NCBI GenBank assembly: GCA_976551045.1
Contig: CDPCPM010000239.1
Span: 7,068,001-7,132,000, forward strand
From: Glaucostegus cemiculus
Lineage: Eukaryota
DNA length: 64,000 nt
Direction of reading: 5' to 3'
The position numbers and the translations under genes were made by a program. Shown here piece after piece: positions 1-13,358 of the stretch; position 1 is the first letter of the stretch, and each line of letters opens with the position of its first letter. Below the pieces are notes generated by a model that had not been told where the DNA came from, made no database searches, and worked only from the letters and a program-made list of their open reading frames with translations.

Positions 1-799
1 GCATTTCTCAAATGTGTAGCCTCTTTGTAACTGAAAAAAGCATCAATTTGGGTTCAAGCGTCAGATTTTCGTCAAGAAGATTTGGTTTTACTGCAGTTTA
101 CAACAAAGCGTACAACATTGTTCTTAGAAAAAGCTAGTTCTTTATTGATTAGTCCCTCCTTTACATACTGATAAATTGAAATTGTAGTGATCAACTTTTT
201 TCATGGAGTATTGTCATAACAAATTTATGGATTTACCAATCTCGTTCATCTTTAATCAGTTAATGTGACTGCTTAAAAAGATATTGTTATCTTAAATCAC
301 AGTGAACAGGTTACAGTCTGAGAGCAGGGTCTTCAGTCAACTGAAATTGTAGATAAGATCTATATGTTCAAAACCATTTTCACATTTGAGGTTTGGTTTC
401 TCTGTTTAAGATTGTGGTAGTCTTTTAGTGGTTTGCTTATTCCCATTTCTGTCATTACTCATGAAGGAAGGAGTGAATCCTAATGATTTCCCACTAAGTC
501 CAGTAGCACTACGGTTTAAAGCCTGGAAAATCGGACAAAATCTTGATGTTATAAGTACTGTTAGCTTTTTCCAAGGGAGCTCCCCTGGGGGAGAATCTTT
601 CTCCCATGGTTGTATTTAAAACAAGAGGGCATTGTTTTTAGAGATAGGAATTTTAAAGGGAACCTGACGGGTAAGTTTTTTATTCAAAAAGGGGTAAGCT
701 TAATTATACACAGATGACTGTATGTCTCTGTGATCTATACTAGACATAACCAAGACCACACCAAGGAGACTGAATATCCTTAAGTTAGGAAGATACTGA

Positions 800-1247
800 T
801 TTCAAGATAGTGCTAGAATGATCCCAGATATGAAGGAGTCATCAAATGAGAAAGGTTTAAACAGATTAGGTCTAAATACTTTGGAGTTTAGTGGAACTGG
901 ATGTGATCTTATTGAAATATATAGAGAAAAGTATAAGGGCTTTTCCTTCTGTGTGGATCAAGAACTAGAGAAAGGTGTTCAGAAGGGATGGCCTATTTAG
1001 GACAGAAATGAGGAGGAACTTCTTCTGTGAGCGGAATTTTCCCTCTCAGAGAGACTTGGAAGCTGGCCTGTTAAATATATTCAAAGTTGACATCATTCTG
1101 TCTTTTGACTTTGTGGGTACCAATAGTTAGGCAGGAAAATGGAGGTGAAGCTAAGGATCAGATCACCCATGACTCTAAATGAAAGGTGAAAGCAAGTTCA
1201 AGGGACCATTTTGACTACCACTGCTTTCAGTTCTTATATTCTTATGA
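800..1247 (+). mobile_element. CR1 LINE 3' fragment (decayed)
   Basis: ORF 818-1000 MIPDMKESSNEKGLNRLGLNTLEF..G.DLIEIY matches the CR1 ORF2 C-terminal motif seen in other copies here (YEERL..LGLFSLE.RRLRGDLIEVYK); ends in a TTCTTAT-type tail. Confidence 0.75.
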
Positions 1248-2793
1248 AAGTAACCTCCACTAGAGATTCAAGCCTGAATTTTGACTTGGACTTATAAAGG
1301 CTACAAACGATTCTTGGTTTATTTTGAAGCCTTATTATAAAAGTAGGGCTTTAGCCAACACGCTAGAGACTTCCAGCCCTCTGAGGGGAAGAGGGTGTCA
1401 GGGTTTCCTAAATTTGGATGGTGTGGCATTCCCCAGATGCAGAAGAAACAAGCAAGCTCATCTTGGAATGTGTCAGAATCTAGGGCCTGTTACGTTTAAA
1501 CCCCATCGTTCCTCATTTCCAAACTTAAATCGCGGCTGAATTTTCCCTGGGCTGCCGTGGTGGATGCATTCCCTTGAAGTTACCAACCGTCAGGCCAGTT
1601 GTTTTTTTGCAGTACAAATGGCACGTAGCGTGAAACAAAACACACTTGTGTACACTCAACTCTTCAGCATAAATATCCAACTTTGCTTCATATGAAGCAA
1701 ACCATATTTTTTAAGCTGCTGTACACAGTTACAGGTCATTCAATTAAAAGATGCATTTGCAATAGTTCCTTCTAACAAGAGAGTTACTGCCACAATGCTG
1801 CTATAGGCTTTCAACTGCTGAATAATGGCACTGCGTGATATCGACTGAAAACTCAAAGGATGAATACCACACATGCTGCCTGGGCAGCCATTGTAACATC
1901 CTGTTAATAGGGAAAATTCTGGGAAGTGACAAGTCGTCATTGAGTCACTGAATTATATCAACATGTTTCCATGTTGCTGGATGTGCCAAGGGAATGAAAT
2001 GGCATTCTTTGGAACACAATAACTATTCTTTTATAATAATGGTAATTTAAAAGAAAAGTTCAGAACCTGATTGAGTGCACAAAAAGCTCTCTTCTGTTTC
2101 CAATATAAATTGTTAATCCTGTTCTTTCTGTATAGTAATCAGTAGTAGCTTCCTATTTCTTTCAGATATGGATTGAGCGAGGAATCAAAATACAAAATAA
2201 ATTAAGTACATATTACAGCACCACTTAAAATATCCAAAATATGCAAACTTAATGAAATCAAAGGTTTATAGATGAAACCAAATATTTTCAGTTCTTTCAA
2301 AAGAGAATTAATTGTAGTCTCCACTGAGATTGGATCTTGGTCAGATCATTCAAAGAAGTGTGAACACTTCTCTTCTCCATATTATAAAATTCTCTGGAGG
2401 CACTGATGCAATAAGGACAATACCAGAGCCATGATATTAACTCTAAATCGACGAGATGAACAGTCTGGGTCTCTCGTCACTTGAAGGTGTCATAGTGGAG
2501 GTCCTTACAACTGAGTAGTTTTGGTAAGAGTTGAGATGAAGAGTGTTTCCATTTGTGATAAACAACACAAGTAGAAGTCAGCAGTTCTTTATCACAGAAC
2601 AGTGGGAGGGTGGACTCACAGTGTTTTGATACATTTAGATGCCAACAAGATGACAATATGAAATAAGAAAATGTGGGGTAACCTAAGGTAAAATGGAAGC
2701 TGGATCGTGTGGAGCATAAAAGGCCTGTCATTGCAACAGGATAAACAAACATTTTCCCAAATATTACTTGACTCCAGCTCAATCATCGAGTGA

Positions 2794-2812
2794 AGCACCA
2801 CCTGGTGGGCTG
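2794..2812 (-). promoter_or_regulatory. candidate CTCF binding site
   Basis: Minus strand reads CAGCCCACCAGGTGGTGCT, close to the CTCF consensus CCACCAGG(G/T)GGCGC; lies in non-repetitive sequence. Motif match only. Confidence 0.45.
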
Positions 2813-3344
2813 AACTAGTAACAAAACCAAACTGAATGTACCATATATACTGAGTGCTCTTTACAGAACAAGGAAAACAACTATATAATTTAATTTTTAC
2901 TATATAACAAATTTTAAAGCATGTGTTCCCATCAATAGAAGGGTCAATTGTTACTGTAAGTTCACAGCAAGCGTTGTGTGTTAGCTGGGGTCATCTGCGA
3001 GATTTCCTGTGCAACAAATTTGGGGTTGTGTTCCTCTTCGGTACTGATGTAAAAGTGTACCACCTGGACTCGAGACATGATCCCAGCATCTCTGTTCACT
3101 TCCTGTGGGGATCTGCTTTGGGTTGGAACATCTGTCCGCACAAACTCCGGAGACTTGTATGAAGCTCACAGAGTAAACAGCATGCACAGTAGTAAAAAAT
3201 TACAACAATAAATACAATGTCAAGCACAAAACAGCAGAATGGTGCAAAGATTGTCCATTGGTAATCTTCATTTTCATCTTATTAACTTCATCTTCAAGCG
3301 GGTTTCTTGTTAATCGCACAGAGTGGAAACGACTTTGAAAATGT

Positions 3345-4832
3345 CATGAAGTTATAGAATCATACCGCACCAAAACAGGTGCTTCAGCCCAGCTCGTCCA
3401 TGCCGACTGAGATGCCTATTTACACAAATTCCATTTTCCTGCATTATGCCCATTTCCCTCTGTTCCTTTCCTATCCATGTGCTGGGCAAAATGCATCTGC
3501 CTTTACCACCCCCTCTGGCAGCTTGTTCCATCTGCCCACCACCCTCTGTGTGAAAAGCTTGGCACTCAGATCTCCTTTAAATATTTCCCCTCTCACCTTT
3601 AAACCATGCCATCAGTTTTAGACTTCTTTACCCCTGGAAAAAGACTGTGACCATCTACACCATCTATACCCCTCATAATTTTATAAGCCGTTATAAGGTC
3701 ACCCCTCAGTCTCCTGTGCTCCAGTGAGAACAATCTCAGTCTATCCAATCTCTCCTTGTAACTAAAACCCTCCATTCCAGGCAACAAAACAGAGACACAG
3801 TGGATCAGCTTATTACATCTTCTCCCCTTCCCCCACCCACTACCTTTCCCCCTCACCCGGACTCACCTATCTCCTGATCTCCCCTATCCCCTGCTTGCGT
3901 GCGCTCCTCCCCCTCCCCCCACTTTCTTATTCTGGCCTCTGCTCTCTTCCTTTCCAGTCCCGATGAAAGGTCTTGGGCTGAAACTTCAACTGTTTATTTC
4001 CCTCCATGGATGCTGCCTGACCTGCTGAGTTCCTCCAGCACTTTTTGTGTATTATTCCAGGCAACAATATGGTGAATCTCTCCTTCACTCTTCCTGGCCT
4101 TGCCATATCCTTTCTAGAGTGTAATGACCAGAACTGCACACACTATTCCAAGTGTGACTGAACCAGTGTCTTGTACACCTGAAATGTGATGTCACAGCTC
4201 TTACATTCAATACCCCTGCTTATGAGGGCAAGCAAACTAAATGTCTTCTTCACTCCCCAGTCCAATTGTTCACCATCTTCAGGACACTATGACCTTGTGC
4301 TCCAGAGTCCCTCTGTACATCAATGCTTCTAAGGTCTCTGCCATTTACTGTATATGTTCAACCATTATAGGACGAACCAAAATACTTCACCTCACACTTG
4401 TTGGATTAGATTTCATCTTCCACCACTCTGCCCAACTTTCCAGATGATCTATATCCCTTTGTTTCCTTAAGCAATCATTCTTGGTATCTGCATCTTCATG
4501 TGGTCAGCAAACTTACATATCAGACAACAGACATTCTCATCCAAGTCACTTATATATAGGACAAACAACAAAGGTTCCAGCACTGATCCCTGCAGTATAA
4601 CACTGGTTATATACTTGCAATCAGAAAACCAACCCTCCACACTATCATCTACTTCCTATCAACAAGCCAACTTTGGATCCAGTTTGCCAATGCACCTTGG
4701 ACCTCATGTGCTCTAACTTTCTTGATCCAGCCTACTGTGTCAGACGTTGTCAAAAGCCTTGCTAAAGTCCTTGTATGCCATGCCTACTGCCTTGTCTTCA
4801 TCAATTTTCTTAGTACCTTCTCAGAAAAACTT
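3345..4832 (-). mobile_element. CR1 (HER1-like) LINE, 5'-truncated, interrupted by a PLE insertion at 3788-4053
   Basis: ORF 3599-3856 LPGMEGFSYKERLDRLRLFSLEHRRLRGDLITAYKIMRGID and ORF 3927-4139 QFWSLHSRKDM..RVKERFT; TAGAATCATA tail at the left end. Confidence 0.9.
3788..4053 (+). mobile_element. Penelope-like element 3' terminus (pseudo-LTR) with degenerate hammerhead motif
   Basis: Pyrimidine-rich tract, then CAGTC-CCGATGA-AAGGTCTTGGGCT-GAAAC-TTC-AACTG (3955-3992), then the shared tail GATGCTGCCTGACCTGCTGAGTTCCTCCAGCA. Flanked by the 14-bp direct repeat ATTCCAGGCAACAA (3774-3787, 4054-4067). Confidence 0.75.
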
Positions 4833-5315
4833 AATTAGATTTGTGGTAAACAAAAATCAATACTTGCCAGCTCTCCTGTCAAAAATCTGAAACTTCTTAG
4901 CCATGGCAGATTTGCATAGTGTGGAGACACTGTTTTCAGAGGGTTGTTTGTTGGTTTAGGATCTCTGAAAGGAATTAGAACATTTTGGCCTAAAGTGTTT
5001 GAAATGTGGTATGGCGTCAATACCATTGAGGTATGGTAAACCTGAATGGTCAATACCATTCAGGTAAGAGCCAAACTTACATGGATTTGCTGTACATCTA
5101 AGACTTATTGAGTGACTTACCTGTCACAACATTTGTAGAATTTGACAGCAGGACACTGGAATTGAAGAATTCATTCATTTCACTGGGGATTCGGCCTTTA
5201 GGACAGGTGTTACTTTAATTATTTTACTATTTTAGTTTAATGATTTTTTAACATTTGATCTTTTAACAAACATTTTAAAAATATTTACTTGTAATTATTT
5301 ACATCAATAGATACT

Positions 5316-6405
5316 CATAGATTCATAGTGTTATAAAACACAGGAACAGGCCATTTAGCCTAACTCATCCATGCCAAACAAGATGCCAATCTAACCTTAT
5401 CTCATTTGCCTGCATTTGGCCCATACCCTTCAAAACCTTTCCTATCCATGTCCCTGTCCAAATGTTTTTTAAACCTTGTAATTGTACTTGCCTCTACTAC
5501 TTTTACTGACAACTTGTTCCACATACCCACCAACTGCTGTGTGAAAAACTTCCCCCTCAGATCCCCTTTAAATCTTTGCCCTCACACCTTACACCTATGC
5601 CCTTTAGTTTTTAGACTTCCATATGCTGGGAAAAAGACTGTGACTATCTACACCCTCATAATTTATAAACCCACATAAGATCACCCCTCAGCCTCCTTCA
5701 CTGCAGAATAGGAGTCACAACCTATCCAATCTTTTCTTATAACTCAATTCCTCCAGTCTGAGCAACATCCTTGTGAATCTTTTCTGCACCCTCTCTAATT
5801 TATTCATACCTTTCCTATAGTGTGGTGACCAGAACTGTACACAATACACCAAGTGCAGCCTAACCGATATTTTGTAAAACTGTAACATGACATCCCAACT
5901 CTTGTACTCAATGTTACAGCTGATGAAGGCAAGCATGCCATATGCCTTCTTCACCACGTTCAGGGAACTAGGTACTTACCCCTGGTCACTCTGTTCAGCA
6001 ACACTCCCCAGGGCCCTCCTATTCACTGTGTATGTCATGGTCAAAATGACATGGTCACTTGCCAAAATGAGTCGATTCACACTTATCTGAGTTAAATTCC
6101 ATCTGCCATTCCTTTAGTCCACTTGCCCAGTTGATCCTGTTGTAACTTTAGACGACCTTCTTCACTGTCCGCCACACCACCGATTTTGGTGTCATCTGCA
6201 AACTTACGAACCATGCCACCTACATTGTCATCAAAATCATTCATATATATGACAAGCAACAGGGGAGCCAGCACTGATCCCTACAGCACACCACTGATCA
6301 CAGAACTCCATTATGAAAAGCAATCCTCACTACCACCTCTGTCTTTACCACCAAGCCAATTTTGTATCCAGTCACCTAGCTCACTCTGGATGCCATATGT
6401 TCTAA
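5316..6405 (-). mobile_element. CR1 LINE, 5'-truncated, RT C-terminal half
   Basis: ORF 6092-6274 LAPLLLVIYMNDFDDNVGGMVRKFADDTKIGG (RT FADD motif) and ORF 5715-5957 VRLHLVYCVQFWSPHYRKGMNKLERVQKRFTRML. Confidence 0.95.
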
Positions 6406-8387
6406 ATATCCCTAAATATCAAAGACATATTGAAACCATCAACAAATCTCATCGCTTTGCCAGAACCCAGTGCTCTAACTCCAGCTTCGCCTTCTGTCAG
6501 GGGAATTCTGCCCTATGTCACCTGAGGCTCAGTCACTGCTGAGATCCTGTTGTTGGGTGTGAAGGTCAGTGAGATCAGTCCTCCACATCCATCCCAAGTG
6601 AGTGCAGGCAGGTGAGGACTGCAGGTTGTGACAGTTGGCAATGAGCCATGTCCAGGAACTCATACTCTTGTGAGAAACAAACAGGAACAGGTGATGTTCA
6701 ACCAGCAAGTTGTGTGCTCATTTCAAACGTTCATCTGTTTTTCACTTATTTACTTCAGTCCATTACTTATGTGGACACTGCTTATTGATTCATTCTCACT
6801 TGAATTTGTGTTGTTGTGTTTGCAAGTCAGTTAAAACATCCACTGTTAATTAGTTTCTTGCATGACCATGTTAAAGATATCCAGTTGCCAGCTAATTGTT
6901 GCTTTGATGAATTTATTCTATTGGCAAGTAGCTGACCAGAATGATACATCTGCTGTAGCTACCCAAATAACTTCTTAGATTTCATGCAGCTTCTTTGTTA
7001 CAGCTGAAATGAAAAATGGAAGTGCATCAGGACACCTGACAAAGTTTCAAATGGCTCTAGCCTCTGGAAGTCAATAGCGCAGTAACAATAGATCTAAGTT
7101 GGATTTAAAAAAATATATGTTTTATATCTTTACCCATTCAATGTAATATAACTTCAGCCAACAAGGTTTTGTGGAATTTAAAACATAAAAATTATGAGGC
7201 CATCCTATAGTGTATGATAAAAATATAAAAGAAAATCTGACAGACTTAGATACTATGCTTTAATATTCTAAAATAGAGAATAACAGATAGAAACTCAAGC
7301 TATTTGGTGCCGGGTTCATCTGGAACTGTAGGAACTCTTTCCAGTCTCTAAAATACCCTCATGACTATTAATTGTAGTTAGCCTCAGGGATTAAACAGCA
7401 ATAAGAGCTTCAGTTTTGTCTGTTCTATGACATGCATCAACAGTAATGTTTAGAAACATCTGGTGTGGTGAACTTCTCATCCACAGTATGAATGCACACC
7501 AAGATCTCCTGCAAAAAATCTGTAGAAGGGAGAAAAGGAGATCAGAGAGAGCACTATAATCGTTTGCACATAGAATTGGTTGCTAAACCAGGATCTGTTT
7601 GGTTCCCCCAGGGGGGTTACATGAAATTTTCACTGCCACATCATTCTGCACTGATCACCAGGAAAGGTATCAGACCCAGGAGGTAATTTACCAAGACATC
7701 CACAGAACATCTTCATAAAAGACTGCCATGGAGGTGAAGGCAAATGGGTGGGAAAGGAGATGTGGCCACCTTCTGGGTGTGTAGTTAACAACACTCCCCC
7801 CACTCCATGGTGACCTGACCGATCAAGTCCTGTGTCACTTCTAGCCCTGTTTCACTGTGGGCTGTGGGACGATCGAGGGGGAGTAGAGTTTTCTGTTCTG
7901 ATACAATTTGTACAAATAGGCTCCGAGCAATGAAGTGACAACCACAGATGTGCTTTGCACTGTATTGACCATTGAAAACTAAGGCTGGATGATGCTGTGC
8001 AAAAGACATCAATATCACAGTATCGATCTTTTAACTGATGTTTTGCTTGAGCTCTTGGATTTTTATGTTGAATAAAAGTCATGGGTTATACCAAAATCTC
8101 CTGGCAGTGGAGGAAATGTGTGGAATACACTTCATAATGTGACAAGGTTCATGGCTGATGTTGGGAAATTATCAGTTGTGCGAAAGTAAACCACATACAG
8201 AAGTGTGTCAGACAGTCTCCACTGGGTGAGTTTTAACCCAGAAATGATTGCTGGCACAACCAGGGTAAATGAACCTTTGCATTATTTCCACATGATCCAA
8301 TTTGTAATATAACATGTCCAATTCAAGCAAGGCAACAGGAGAAATGCTGGTTTCATGTTAGGTCATATGGAATTTAACTTAGACAAG

Positions 8388-8667
8388 TGTACCACTGTTG
8401 AAGGTGCTGCTTTTTGGATGAGGTGTTAAACTGGCACCCCATCTGCTCACTCAGGAGGGTGTTAAAGATTCTATGGCACTGTTTCAAACAAGCACAGGGG
8501 AGCTGCCTGTAGTCTCCAGTCTCCTAACTCAAAACCGTTAAAAATACAGACCATCTGGTCATTATTGCATCACTAATTATGGGAGCTTGCTGCCAGCAAA
8601 TTGGCTGCCAGGTTTCCAAAGTTGCAATAGTGACTTTACTTCAAAAGCTGTGCACCGCCTTTGATAT
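8388..8667 (+). mobile_element. Deu-domain SINE (SacSINE1/AmnSINE-like), 3' end displaced by a CR1 insertion
   Basis: GGATGAGGTGTTAAAC..CCCATCTGC..TCAGG..AAAGAT..ATGGCACT..GGGAGCTTGCTG..AAATTGGCTGCC matches the Deu domain as I recall it; apparent tail resumes at about 9121-9158. Confidence 0.7.
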
Positions 8668-8669
8668 AA

Positions 8670-9121
8670 AATCATAGAATCATACAGCATGGAAACAGGC
8701 TATTTGGTCCAACTCATCCATACTGACCAGTGGGCATTCTTCCATATTAATCCCATCTCCCACCACTTGGTCCATTGCCCTCTATGCCTAAGCGATTCAA
8801 ATGCTCATCTAGACACTTCTTAAATGTTGTCAGCAACCCAGCTTCAACCACTGTCTCCAGCAACAGCCCTCTGGGTAAAGAAGGTCCCTTCATATCCCTT
8901 TTAAATCTCTCCCTCCTTATCCTAAATCTATGTTCACTCATCTTATCTGCATCTGACATCAGAAAAAAGTTTCTTGCAGTCTCCCATATATGTACCTCAG
9001 TCATGTTCCCTCTTAACCTGCTCCACTGCAAGGAGAACAGATTTAGCTTTTCTAATCTTTCCTCATAACTGAATTGTTCCATCCCAGATAACATCCTGGT
9101 GAATCTCCTTTGCACCCTCTC
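8670..9121 (-). mobile_element. CR1 LINE 3' fragment
   Basis: ORF 8747-9139 ERVQRRFTRMLSGMEQFSYEERLEKLNLFSL..RLRGNMTEV; ATCATAGAATCATA tail. Confidence 0.92.
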
Positions 9122-9739
9122 TGATGAGTGATGCATCAATGGAAGTCTTTTATTTTTAGACTAAAAAGTGAACTGGAAGCATGAACTTCACTCAAAATCA
9201 GCCACATTCTCCAATGTTTTAATCGCCACAGTTACTTTCTACTCTATGTTTGCATTTACAAGCCTTTGAGGAAGATCTTATAATTAAATTTTAATTTAGG
9301 TGCAAGAATACATTAAAAGTATATACATTTTTTTCAATGTAAATGAAGAAACTGAGTAGTGAAACTAATAAATGTTTCCTATTATAATGTTAGTCTTTCG
9401 GTGACTGAAAATCAAATTATTCACTGGATATGGATTTAAACTCTTGTACTAAAAATGCTCATATTGTTCCAATAAACCCACTTTAAACTGTATTAATAAA
9501 TGTGATCCAATTTACCTAAATACATCAAGGATATTCTTTAATGCAAATAAAATGGCAATGATGTTCCATCACGCTGTCTAATTGTACCAATTAAAGGAGG
9601 ATTTTGTTTAGTGAAAGGAAATTTCGTATCAATGAAAGATTGAATAAATGTTTCAGTGCCAAAATAAGCTTCAATGTAGTGCTCAAAATGGTAGTTCTGT
9701 CTCTTGCAGCTTTAATATATGGTCAGGGTTTGTGGGAGA

Positions 9740-10150
9740 AATATGAAAGACCTTTAGGAATGTTCTTGAATTTCTTCAGGAAGGGAGCTGGAGGGTTAAC
9801 TTTTGTTCTGCCAATGGCTGAGGGCTCTCCATGTATGGTGATGTTCGGGATGCGGCAATCTAATTATACTTTGTTCCTCAAAGGCACTAGACTAGGGCTG
9901 AAGTCATGGTTGCTCACTTCTGCCATTTATTTCTGCTTTTCACTTCTTCTGTTTGTGCTTGGATGCTTGTAGTCTTGTACTCTTGTAATGCAGATAAAGG
10001 CTGTAATCTCTTGGGTGGGCAGGGCTGCGGAACTCTGCTTTTAGGAGTCTGGGTTCTCCATGATATCATGCTACAATAAAGATTTCTGAAGCAGATGCCT
10101 GCCAAGTCCATGTGATACTTTTCCGCAACAGGGTTGATTGTGGACAATTG
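9740..10150 (-). mobile_element. RTE-clade LINE fragment (old, frameshifted)
   Basis: Minus-strand peptides CFRNLYCSMISW and DCRIPNITIHGEPSAIGRT resemble the RTE C-terminal motifs RCLRRIL.ISW and D.RIPK.ILYGEL..G.R. Confidence 0.55.
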
Positions 10151-11479
10151 CTGATTTGACTCATTTATTTTATTTAAACAGGATCAAGATTACAAAAATC
10201 TCCATATTGTGATACCAAATGATGATTTTCAATGCTCAATGCTTCCACCTCCTCCATTTCCCAACCCTCCACCTCTTCCACTTCCTTCTATCTTCTTTCC
10301 CTCCTACCCTCTCCCTCACCTTCCCTCTACCTCAGACACTTATTTCTCTCGGAACCACTTTATTTTGCAAGGATGCTTGAAGACCTTTTGGTTCATGTAT
10401 CCTGACAAAATAGAATTCAGATTAATTATTTGAGGTGTTTTGAGTCTCCTGATGTGCTAAGTAGTCTCCTGTCTATTAAACTAAAGCTTGGATAATATGC
10501 TTTTTTCCTTCTCATTTCTTCAGGCCATGAATTTCAATGTTCTTCAATTACTGAAATCAGTGGTGTGAATGTTGTGTTCTTTCTATTAATTTCACTGAAA
10601 TCAATATGACATTCTAAATTTCCATCCCTCTTTCTTCAGTGTGGTGATGAGTAAGTGGATTTCGATTTTGTTATTCCAACCACAGTAATGAAGTTTTTGG
10701 GGATATTGTTTAACTTGATTATAGAGGATCCACGGCAACAATATATGTTTACTGAATAGGCTCATCTTCTCCCAATTTAAATTTGTCAATACTTGAGGTA
10801 CTGGACTTAGTTTCACATGTTATATGGAGCAGTTGGAGATGCCGGGGCTGGTCTCCACAGTAAAGAACAAGTTAAGGGAATGGTCATTTAGCATCAGCAA
10901 ACACGACCAACTGCTGGAGGACAGAGGGACAGAGAGAGAAAGAGACAAAGTAAACGGGGAGAATTTGTATGAGCTGACACAAGGATGGATTTGTATCCAC
11001 TGACACAGGGGCCAATAGCCAAACATCACAGCTTAAGAAAGAAAAGACAATTGAGAAAAAATGATGGGAGCAGGTTGATTATAACATGTATCCTTTGAGT
11101 GTTAGCTCAAACACTGACAGCAGCAAACATGGGCATATATCGCACTATGTATCAATAATAAATTTAGTCATTAGCTGTGGCCCTGGCAAAGTCCATTGCA
11201 GAGTACCAGAATTCCCTTCCAGTTTGAGTTCTTAATCTTAGTCTTCCACTTGACCTGTCTCCAAGCTGCTCAATAAATTTCCTTTAATTCCACAAGATAT
11301 ATTTTTAGCTCTTATATAGAGCTTTATTGAATGAGTTCTGGATGTCTTCATGAATTCTGTCCTCAGGCATCCTCTTGTTTACTGCTTTGGTGACTCAGAC
11401 AGATACTGTCTCAAACATAGACTGCTCTTAAACATCAACCTAATTATCTTAAATTTCTCTAAGTGCTCAGGCCTTCATT

Positions 11480-11700
11480 ATAGATGCCAATAACTTCCCC
11501 ACACCAGATGTTAGTTTAATAGTTTACAATTTTCTGATTTCTGTCTCATAAACATTTCTTAAATAATAAATAGATTTGCAATCCAAAGGGATATTATCTG
11601 AATAGAGAGAACTCTGGAAGATTATGGCTAAATTACCAACACTTTTTTCCTCTAGTTCCTTCAAAAAAAAATTCAGTGCCAAGGGATTTGTCAGTTATTA
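11480..11700 (-). mobile_element. old CR1 fragment (N-terminal RT region)
   Basis: Similar to the CR1 segment at 52.7-52.9 kb (TTCCCCAC..GATGTTAG..TTAAATA..TGGAAGATTATG). Confidence 0.45.
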
Positions 11701-13196
11701 ATCCCAATATAAATTCCAGCCCAGTTTATGTCCATATCTAGTTTTTGATTCATTACTAGTTTCTCCAGAATGTCACATACATAGTCTTCTTCCATTGACA
11801 CAAGTTTCCTAGTTCCTTATTTCCTTATATTCATTTGCGAAGTTGGCTGCATCAGTACTTAAAGGTCCTAGAACACCCTCAGGCTGCGGAAGTGTAGAAT
11901 CACAGAATCAGAGGATAGTTACTGCATCATTCAGCTTAGGAAGTCCACACCGGCTTTGTGTGAGAGTAATGCAGGTAGACCCCTTCCCCCAACCTCTACT
12001 CACTGCCCTGTGGTTCAGTGACCTAAACAAGGTAGAAAAGGTAAGTAACGTTGTTGAGATTATAAAATCATTCCTTTTTCTCCCTCATACAGCTGAAGCT
12101 CACAACATACTGGGAGAAGCAAGGCAGAAATCAAAGACTGAAAGCCAACTACACGAATGCATGGAGTAGACAGCCAAACACAACATCTGCTCCAACGTTA
12201 TATGGGTAACACGTATCCAACTCTATGACATGTGCATCTTCCTCATGCTGCTGGATGTGGTTCACGTGGTTCATCTCGTGCAGAAAGTTGGGTGCATTTA
12301 GACATTGGTGTATGTGATGAATACTTCTAGTCCACATCAAGGATCATCAGTTGCAATGCCAGGGTCAGTCACACAGCATGTCTGGCAATGAATGAAAATG
12401 GTCATTGTCAGGAAGATTCTCCTCTTTGGATACATGGTGCCAGAACTCTGACCATGACCAACTTTCAACTGGAGCCGGATTCAGGGTAATCCATGGTTAC
12501 GTGGGTGTGCACAATTCATTGCTGACTTCAGACATCACGGGCTTGTATAGTTCTCAGTGTGATGGTATCTTCAGGATACGATCGAATGCCAGTGTCACAT
12601 GGCAACCACTGCAGTGCAGCCTGATTGAGGCAGAAACATTTTCCAGAGTCACCTTGACTACTCCTTCATTTTATTATTTTTGTAAGACATGTTTCTGTTA
12701 ATCTTAACGCTTATTCGGGATTCTTTATTCTCTATTTTATCTGTTGCTGCAGTTTTTTTGAATTTAACATTCTCTGTCCACTTCTTTTCCTTTTCTCTTT
12801 AACTTTACATGTCCAGATTTTGCAGAACATATTGAAACATGCAGATCCCAGAGCTGTAGTCAATAGTTCAAAACTGTTCTTCTGAATGCATTTCAAACAG
12901 ATCCAAAGTTGGGACAATTCCTCACCACTTACACCAGGGAACCTGAATGCTAATTACATACCAGGTTGGACCTTTGAAATCCTCCAGTGATTTCAAAGGA
13001 AAGGAATAGAGGTAATTTGAGATTTGTTTTATTTGTTCCTGTGCACTTAAACGTTTATGTCTTTTAAGTGTTTTCTATTTATTTTTTGATTATTTTTATT
13101 GTTTTAATAGAATTTGTTAGATTGTGAATGCCTGAATATTTTTTAAAAGGTAGAAATATTCATCAACATTCATAGTTAATGAGAAAAAGGAATAGT

Positions 13197-13358
13197 CTGC
13201 AGTCATTGGAAATCTGAAATAAAAACATAAAGCCTTGGGAATACCAAGAAGACCAGACAGCATTCATGGAGAGATGAAAGATCACCAACCAAAGTGTTGA
13301 GTTTCTCTCACAGTAGATGCTACCTGATCTGCTGGATATTTCCAGCATTTACTGTTCT
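13197..13358. mobile_element. fold-back PLE tail element (older subfamily)
   Basis: Left arm GGAAATCTGAAATAAAAAC..CAGACAGCAT is the reverse complement of the PLE tail; right arm GATGCTACCTGATCTGCTGGATATTTCCAGCAT is the forward tail. Confidence 0.6.

Noticed and set aside
2930-3190. Several overlapping open frames with some CpG
   Set aside because: No recognisable domain or convincing splice sites.
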